DNA of 64,000 nucleotides from contig OZ037769.1 in NCBI GenBank assembly GCA_964035545.1, forward strand, positions 2,666,001 to 2,730,000, given 5' to 3'. The notes below the pieces were generated by a model. The model did not search any database. It was not told the DNA's origin and saw only the letters and a list, made by a program, of their open reading frames with translations. The DNA comes from Bugula neritina (taxonomy: Eukaryota; Animalia; Bryozoa). Positions 56,315 to 64,000 of this stretch are shown here, one piece after another. Every line of letters begins with the position of its first letter. Position 1 is the first letter of the stretch. Both the position numbers and the translations under genes were made by a program.

Positions 56315-59300
56315 GACAAGAGTACTAGGTGCTTGCTAGGTTAGAGCCACTACCTTTCTCTGCAGCAATAAGTGTCTACAGTGTCAACTAACTAATACAT
56401 TAACACTTAGTTTATGTTACTTAATGAAAGCCAGGTTTGTAAAATGTGAGCATGCACTAATTTTTGACTTAAAACAGACTACTGTAACAGCTGCTAACTA
56501 GTCTAACTAGTAGCTGCTAGTCACTTGGTTGCCATGCTATAAAACAGGTAGTAAAACAGCTATAAGACCCTGGACATTGACATCTTGTGCACACAGTTGG
56601 TTTAAGGTCATACTTTTCATTTTCTGGCTCTTTGCCAGGTGCTTTATGTTCTATATGAACAATGTTCCACTGATAGCTCGAACAGGTTGAATGTCACAGG
56701 AACAAAAAAAATATGAAAAGATAAAGAAACATATGTTCTCCAATATACTTTTTTATTTTTTTTCAAAAGCCAATTCATGTTTAAGTTATAGCTTGTTGAA
56801 AAACATAGTCCCCCTTCCACATTCTTTTCAATTTATACGCTCCTGACTTGTTATTGTGTCTCAATAATATGCCTTGTATTTGAGTGCTTATTAGTCTCGC
56901 TTCACTAACTTTGCCTATACTTCACAAGTGCCAGTGCTGCTGGCTCAAAAGCTAAATGTTATAAACTGTCAGCTAAAACCCAATCTTGTATTCCTAGGTT
57001 AGTTGGCCTAAATAAAACAATAGTCAAATCATGATTTCATGTTTTAAAAATTTACTCTATTCTAACCTGCTGCCTAGCTAGTTCTCTTTTTGATGTATAA
57101 TTACAAAATTTGTGATACATTTTTTTGGCAACCATGTGATTTATAAAATGCAGTAATGGTACTTATAATATTATATTATTATCATTATAATATATTATAT
57201 AGTATTATGTGTGTTTTTATTATACTGCATAATATCTATTTTATTATTGTTGTTGCGCAAACAAGTGCAATTAACCTAGTTTTCAAAATGTACCTCTAAA
57301 TTATCAGAATATCAGTTTAGATATTTTCATGCTTTGTTAGGTAAACCTAAAAAAAGAGGCTGTATTCCCAAAGTAAAGGGTGTTGAACTATGAACTATAT
57401 TAGATTAGCCACTCGGCTACCAAGTGCATCAGTATAATATATGAATAGCTCTGATGCTTTGTCTCCGGTGGCTGGCTGCGATATGATAACTTGGCCAACT
57501 TCCAAGAGTTTAAAATTGGCGCAATTATTCAAGAGGTTACATGCTGCACAGAGCTAGCAGTGATAGTAACCTTGCTATTGGCAGTACTTATTACAACTGC
57601 CAGCATATAAGCTGCATTGTAGAATGCTGTTGGGGTAGGCTAGTAAAACCAAATTCTGCTCTCTAATATACCTTAGACACAATGCAGCAACATAATTGTT
57701 CATTTCAAATTACATTGCCACCCTTACATGAGCTGTGGGCTTCATAAAGATTCATATGATTAGAGATTTATGCTATAGGCTAGCTATGATGAAAATAACA
57801 CACCATTGTCAAAGTTAACTTCAAGTATGTTGTTTTCCAGAAACTCAGTAATGTCCATTTATCTCTCGCATACAAATACTTATGTAATAGCATACAGTTT
57901 AAGTTTTATTTTAGAGCACATCTGCAAACTCTACAATAAGAGCTTGCTTTACCAGTCTATTTCAGACCTGTTTTTGTAGCTAGTAATACGCAAGCTACTT
58001 ATTTTTAAACTTTTGGGTTATTTGTTCAAAACCATTTGCTTTGACTGCTATCAACATGAATTGACAGCCTAATAATTATAACCCATTTGCCGCGAAATAT
58101 TTATGTAATGATAGTGACTCAAATAGTGCGCGTTCCATTAACCCTTTGGCGATCAACTTTGAAGTTGCGTAATTTCAAGCCTCGTTTGAGTTTATCGCGA
58201 AATTTGCTAACAGATTTTGCATAACTTTCAATTTCATTATTAAAAAGTTACACTTGATTTTGGCCTTAATTAAACTGGATAATATAATTTTAAGAGTATT
58301 TTCTGGAAGTTTGAAGTAAGCGCTATTGTTTGTTTGCCTAAAAGACCATATATGGTCCATTGATCTGTGGATAGTGTCGCTTTCAGGGACATATATTGTC
58401 CATTGATGACTGCGTGGTCCAGAGGTTAGAGGCGTCAGCGACATGTTGGTTGGTCATGGTTCAACCCTGTTATGTTGCAATTTTTTTTGTCAACTTATGC
58501 AAATCCCACGCATGTATAATAAATATGGCTATAATTGTAAAGTTTTTTTTTAACTTTTGTTCAACAGTAAGACAACATACATGCATAATAATTAGATACT
58601 GAACACTAGACTAAACCTTAAATTGATCTTATAGAATACAATGTACTTAAAATAATCATATGTGAATTAGAGAAACTGAAAGTATACACCTGCTGCGCTA
58701 TAGACAGACCTTTACTGACAAGACTGCAAAGTGAAGTGATTTAGCTGAAATTAACTCTGCCAAACAAACAAAGAATTATGTTGTGCTGAGGCATTTTCAA
58801 TATATTATTGTAACATAGTGAGATGATTCAGCTAAGTGCTAATGTAAAACAGGGAACATTATATTGGCAGAAATCCAATAGATTGCCAATTTGTGCGAGA
58901 GGGTACTATATGTTATTGTGATAGCGCAGAGCGGCAAACGTACTAGGAATGTTATAATTAGTCACAGGAGCGTAGCTAGAACCACCATATGAAGAATTTA
59001 GAAAATTGCAGTGAAACTTGCAAAATGGTGTATGTTTTTACCAAATTGTGAAGAGCATAAACAGAATTTCAAAAAACAAAGAAAGTATATTAGAGAAAAC
59101 ATATCAAGGAATGTCAAGTTTAACTTTTAGACTTTATAAAATGAATCCCCTGTGCTACAGCAGTGGAACATGGAGGGTGTAAAATTTTACTTATTATGCA
59201 ACAACTTTCTCAGAAAATTTTTTATTGAAAAATTAAAAAAGTATATGAAAGAAGAATGCAAGAGCTATCTTTTCATGTAAAATTTGTTAATGTGAGACAA

Positions 59301-60359
59301 AAACTGTTCGAGCTATCCCCTGGAAACCGTTTATATATAACATAAAGCAGTGCATGAATCTGGAAAGTAATGACCTTAAACTAACTGTGCAGGTGATATG
59401 ATGTAACCTATGCTATCTTGTTGTTTAAAATGCTCTGTATAACTTATAATAGATGTAAACCTAGAGATTTCACATATTTTCTCCGAAGCTCAGGAAGTTT
59501 CAGTCTTTGAAGGATACCTTTTTTATATGAATAAAATTATGGTATTGATGAGCTTAAATTATTTTAGAAACAAAAGTCATATTCCAATTACTCGAAACAA
59601 CAACTTCAGTGGTAGGCTTAGCTTTATGGAGTTTATTAGATTATATCTGTTTTTTTAATGGCAACCAAATTTCTTTTGAGAATGCATTGTGATTTTACAT
59701 TATGTTGAAACTATCAGTCTACATTTCACGTGCATATTGTAGTTGGTACTAACTAGGTGGAAAACCAACTAGGGCAATTGGACATAGTATTGGTAAAATC
59801 TGGTTATTTTGATGAAATAACGCCTTTCTGTCAATTTCAGTAACTACAGGGGTTTTCTATATCCCTGTCAAATATTGTCTAACATTCAATGGGCAGAACT
59901 TAGTCTAAATATGCTGTTATAGATAAAGCTGTTGCACTATAATTCTCCTTAGGCATAACTTACTATAGTGTATAGGGTCAACTTCTTAGGTGTGTGCACT
60001 GTGTATGTGTAGGCAAAATATTCAACATGTAAATTGTTAAGTAAGGTTATAATACCTAAATTGCTAGTGTGGAGTTGTCTCTACTATAATTATATAACCA
60101 TATAGGACAGAAATGACTAATTATTTCAACAACATGGTTGTTGCGAACGTAGTTGTGCGCATTCATTATCATTGAAGTCATATTGCAATAATATTATTAT
60201 AATGATATAATATAACTAAGCAGTGTTTATTCTGCGCTAAAATTTAGCCTGCCTTATAAGGCTTCGTTGAGTTTTAGTTTATTGTTCACATTTCAATAAA
60301 ACAAATAAAAAATATGATGAACTGGAAAACACTGAAAAATAACGCATCTAGTTTAGGGG

Positions 60360-60560
60360 GTCATTTGTGAGTCATTATAGAAATCGCTTGACGCAGAATT
60401 AAGTTGGGGATGAACGCGGATGCGTGGTGGTTTGAAAGTCTTCAATGTTGCGAACACAGTACTTGGTCACTCCCAACTTGGTGCTGTTTCTAGCAATTTT
60501 CAATACTACGATAATTACTGAACTTTCCTGCTATACTTCCGGTGTGCTAATCGCTGTTGA
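60360..60560 (+). promoter_or_regulatory. Putative SOCS promoter
   Basis: CpG-containing patch about 2.2 kb upstream of the ATG exon (acceptor at 62718-62719). AP-1 TGAGTCA 60368-60374, TGACG, and ETS ACTTCCGG at about 60535. Confidence 0.45.
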
Positions 60561-60729
60561 AGCCAATTACTAGTAATAATTACTTACACTTACACAGTGA
60601 TGTTACAGTTAGACACCACCAAAGTTTTAGATGTTGGTTGGCACTTTCAGTTAATTAAACAAAAGAAGGAATTTATTTGCGATGACTCAACGCATTAAAA
60701 TTGACTTGCAGCACTTATATTTATAGATT

Positions 60730-61450
60730 AAGTCTAACACTAACACTAACAGTATAACTTAAACTGTAACACTAAGACCAAGTCTAACAGTAACAGTAAC
60801 ACTAACTCTTGCTCTTTGAATAAGAGTAAGTCTAACTTTTAAGAGTAAGAATAAGTCAAAGACTGAAAGAGTAAGTCTACCAGTAACACTAACAGTAACT
60901 CGCTCCGCGACACTGACGGTAAGTATCACTATTACTATTAGTATTAGTATAAGTATTACTATTAGTATTACTATTAAGTTAATTAACTATTCAGTATTAA
61001 ATTTAATAATAATATTATTAATAATATTAACAATATAATTATAACATTAAATTTCACAATGACCATGAGATTGAGTATGGCAATAACTAGGTCTAGTGAA
61101 TAACATTAACTGTAAGTGTATAATAAATGTATTTCCGAGATACATACAAAACCGATACTCATACTATGACTATGAGTATGACTTATTCAGTTATTGACTA
61201 TAAATTAGTATAAATATAAGTATATTTATAATTCAATTTTTATTGTTATTATATTTTTGATTGTGATTATGATAAACTTATAAATCATAATGATTGTCAT
61301 TATCTTTATGATTATATCTATTATTATTGCTAAGAACTAGAACTGGAAGTAAGGATTGAAGGCCAAAAACAAAAAACTAATATTTATATTAATACTAACA
61401 GTGATAGTTGATGTTATAGTTGTACCATTATCAATATGAATATGAGCTAA
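60730..61450. repeat. Heterogeneous 6-bp-periodic tract
   Basis: TAACAC TAAGAC CAAGTC TAACAG TAACAG TAACAC TAACTC ... ACTATT ACTATT AGTATT AGTATA ... ACTATG ACTATG AGTATG. Confidence 0.85.
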
Positions 61451-62748
61451 TAATCACTCAATGTTAAACTTCAGACTGTTAGATAACCTAGCAATCTGAA
61501 GTTTAATAAATTTAGTAATAACTAGCATATGATTTGAAGGGCAATGGAGTTGTTCGTATTCGATTTAATTAACTATTAGTTTTGCCTATAACTTTATGGT
61601 TGGCACAACAACATAGACATTTTGCATGTAATAGCTCATGATTATACTGAATCTAGAAAGTCAGGCCTAAACTAACAGTCATATTCTTTTAGCCACTTAC
61701 AAATCGTATTAAATTTGATATTCTCAGTGACAGTGTAAGCTAAGATAAAGATTTAAGCATGGACAAGAAGAGTTTGATATAATGCCACTGATTATGTATT
61801 AGTATATATATGTAAAAGCATACTCAATGTATTTCAATTTCAATGTGTACTCAAAAATTTGGCTGGTAGTGACACGCTCTTCAAATTGAATAATAATAAT
61901 GGAGGTGCAATGATAGTTATTCTCTCATGAACATATCCAGTGGTTTAAATCATTAAAAGATATATGTTTGGATTCACAACAGAGACTTAGTTGTTCTAAT
62001 CATTATCAACAAAGTTGAGCCAATTAATTTAATGTTTTCTAATTTTAAAAATTGATCATAAAAAGAATAATTTATACTACTCTCTGTTTACCTGTTTATA
62101 TACAGTTTTTTTTAAACATTTTTCAGTTTTTTATTTAACTAAAACAAGTAGCTATAGCCCAATTACTCATATTAAAGGCCTCCACCTTAATGTTACTCAT
62201 ACCCACTCCAGTTTTTCAGTTGATGTCTCTCTGTATATATATGATTGTAGTTAATATAATTATGTACATGCTTTATTGAAATGTCATTTATTGCTAGGAC
62301 AGTATGGTTAGCATTGTCATAGTCATTCCTGTCTCAAAGTCCGTTTTTGCACTATGTTCTTAGCAGTATGTAGCTCATAGAATCTGTATGTGTTACTGTA
62401 TTTCTCGTAATTCTGGCTACTGGATTAGCTAAATATATTTATGATTGAAATTTATTTATTAGTAAATACTAAGAATTAGTAAATAAGTAAAGTAGGAACC
62501 TAGGTCATGAATGTTGTCCCACAATGCATCTATTACTTGGAAGTTTCGCTATTGAGTGAGTTTGTATATGTTGCCCAACTAAGTATAAAATAAAATGGAG
62601 CTCAGGTGTGAGGTTTGAGGTTTTAAAGTTGATAAAATTTTAGCTTTAATCTGTGTTACCCTGTTTTTAATACAGAATATTCTTCTATATATTGATGTTA
62701 TCATTTACCATGCTTTAGACACAGAACTAAAGGTGTGGATTCACAAAC

Positions 62749-64000
62749 ATGGACTTAGCGGGGCGCTCCATCAGCCTCCCTTCAGACATTTCGCGTAGAA
62801 AGCTCCCCGATTTGCCCGACGACCCCTGTCACACCTCGAAAATATCTCGAATCTGGGCGTCATTCAAACAGAAGCTGACGTTGAGACCTGGTAGGCTGGC
62901 GAGATCTCAGAGTCGGCATGATGACTCATCAAGTAAGTCAGCTGTGGATACAGGGGTCAAAGGGTAACAAATGTGGTGACATGAAGACCAGCTGGTATTG
63001 TAATAATTACATTCACAGTCCTACATGGAGTTTATCCATAGAACTATTTTGTGCTTCTCTATTTATTATTCACATTGCACCACCAGCTGCTGTGAAGTTG
63101 CCTATTATTACTGTGGCTTATTTATCAGAATAAAATTCTGTGGTAGTTTATAGCATACTTTCCTTCTTTGTTCATACATTTAAGGGATTTTCCTTACTGT
63201 AGGTAGAGCGAAGCAGCACTGCTATAGGAATTTTCTCCCCTACAGTATTTACTACCATTTGATTGACAATCACGACACTATAATGCTGCCAGGCCTACGC
63301 CAATGCCCGCCTCCTGTGGAGGAAGACCCACCCATTGCCAGTATGAGAAGTTTACCTCCCTTGCCGTCTTCCAGCCATCCCGATTATACTGAGGTAGATG
63401 TTGAAGAAAGAGTTAAGTTGGGTTCACCACATGATTACGAGTCGCTCAAGATGAAGGTTGACTCTTCTAACGCATATCAAAACATAGACAGACTGGACTA
63501 CAAATCAGCAGGAAGTAATCAGAGTGAGGCAGAGACTTGGTGCAGAGTATCCTCCATGGCTACGTCTATCAACACCCTACCCCACCAGGGTTGGTACTGG
63601 GGGCCTCTCGATAGAGAGGAAACGGAACGTAAGCTAAGGCCCCACCCGTCTGGCTCCTTCCTAGTGAGGGACAGCAAAAACGAGCACCACCTCTACACTC
63701 TGAGCTTCAAACAAGACCAGCTCATCCTCCACACTCGTATCGAGTTTGTCAACGGACTGTTTACTTTCTTCCTTGATGAAGCAAAAGCTATGAAGACAGG
63801 CAAACCCTCTGTGGAAGAGCTGATTGAAGCGTCGATCAAGGATGGGGTGGACGGTGAATTCGGAGACATGCGTAGAGGAGGGAGGCACTCCCAGCACCTC
63901 ACCATCCAAATAAAACTCGATCACCCAGTGTCCAGGTTCAGTGAGGTGAGAAGCCTACAGTTCCTGTGTAAATTTGTGCTACGGACTCATATCAATAGAG
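62749..64000 (+). CDS. Suppressor of cytokine signalling, SOCS6/7-like, 3'-partial
   Basis: Exon 1 runs from 62749 to 62932 (or 62963). Exon 2 runs from 63203 (or 63246) and is open to the window end. SH2 GWYWGPLDREETERKLRPHPSGSFLVRDS, then HPVSRFSEVRSLQFLCKFVLRTH (SOCS box start). Exon 2 is absent from the ORF track because no stop is reached. Confidence 0.92.

Noticed and set aside
58138-58160. piggyBac-like left end TTAA|CCCTTTGGCG
   Set aside because: No matching inverted right end or transposase was found in the window.
63661-63924. - strand ORFs 63661..63924 and 63693..63905
   Set aside because: Antisense to the SOCS SH2-coding exon.

Overview
AT-rich, intron-rich animal genomic DNA with GT-AG introns. 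It looks like an invertebrate; lophotrochozoan is my inference only. Most ORF-track entries are exon fragments or spurious. Manual splice reconstruction supports nine protein-coding genes. In order: the 3' part of a LIV-1-type zinc transporter (SLC39A6/10-like, +); CREB (+); a 10-exon low-complexity orphan gene (-); a NOPCHAP1/C12orf45-like gene (-); a STARD5-like gene (-) head-to-head with a HAX1-like gene (+); a NUAK kinase (-); a small secreted EF-hand protein (-); and the 5' part of a SOCS6/7-like gene (+). The main unexplained structures are: (1) sequence-heterogeneous 6-bp-periodic tracts just downstream of five putative promoters; (2) tandem repeats that reiterate splice donors or abut splice sites; (3) a perfect 22-bp palindrome carrying AATAAA on both strands between two convergent genes; and (4) an orphan gene with no room for its own promoter behind the NOPCHAP1-like gene. 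All gene models are hand-derived and no database search was run.
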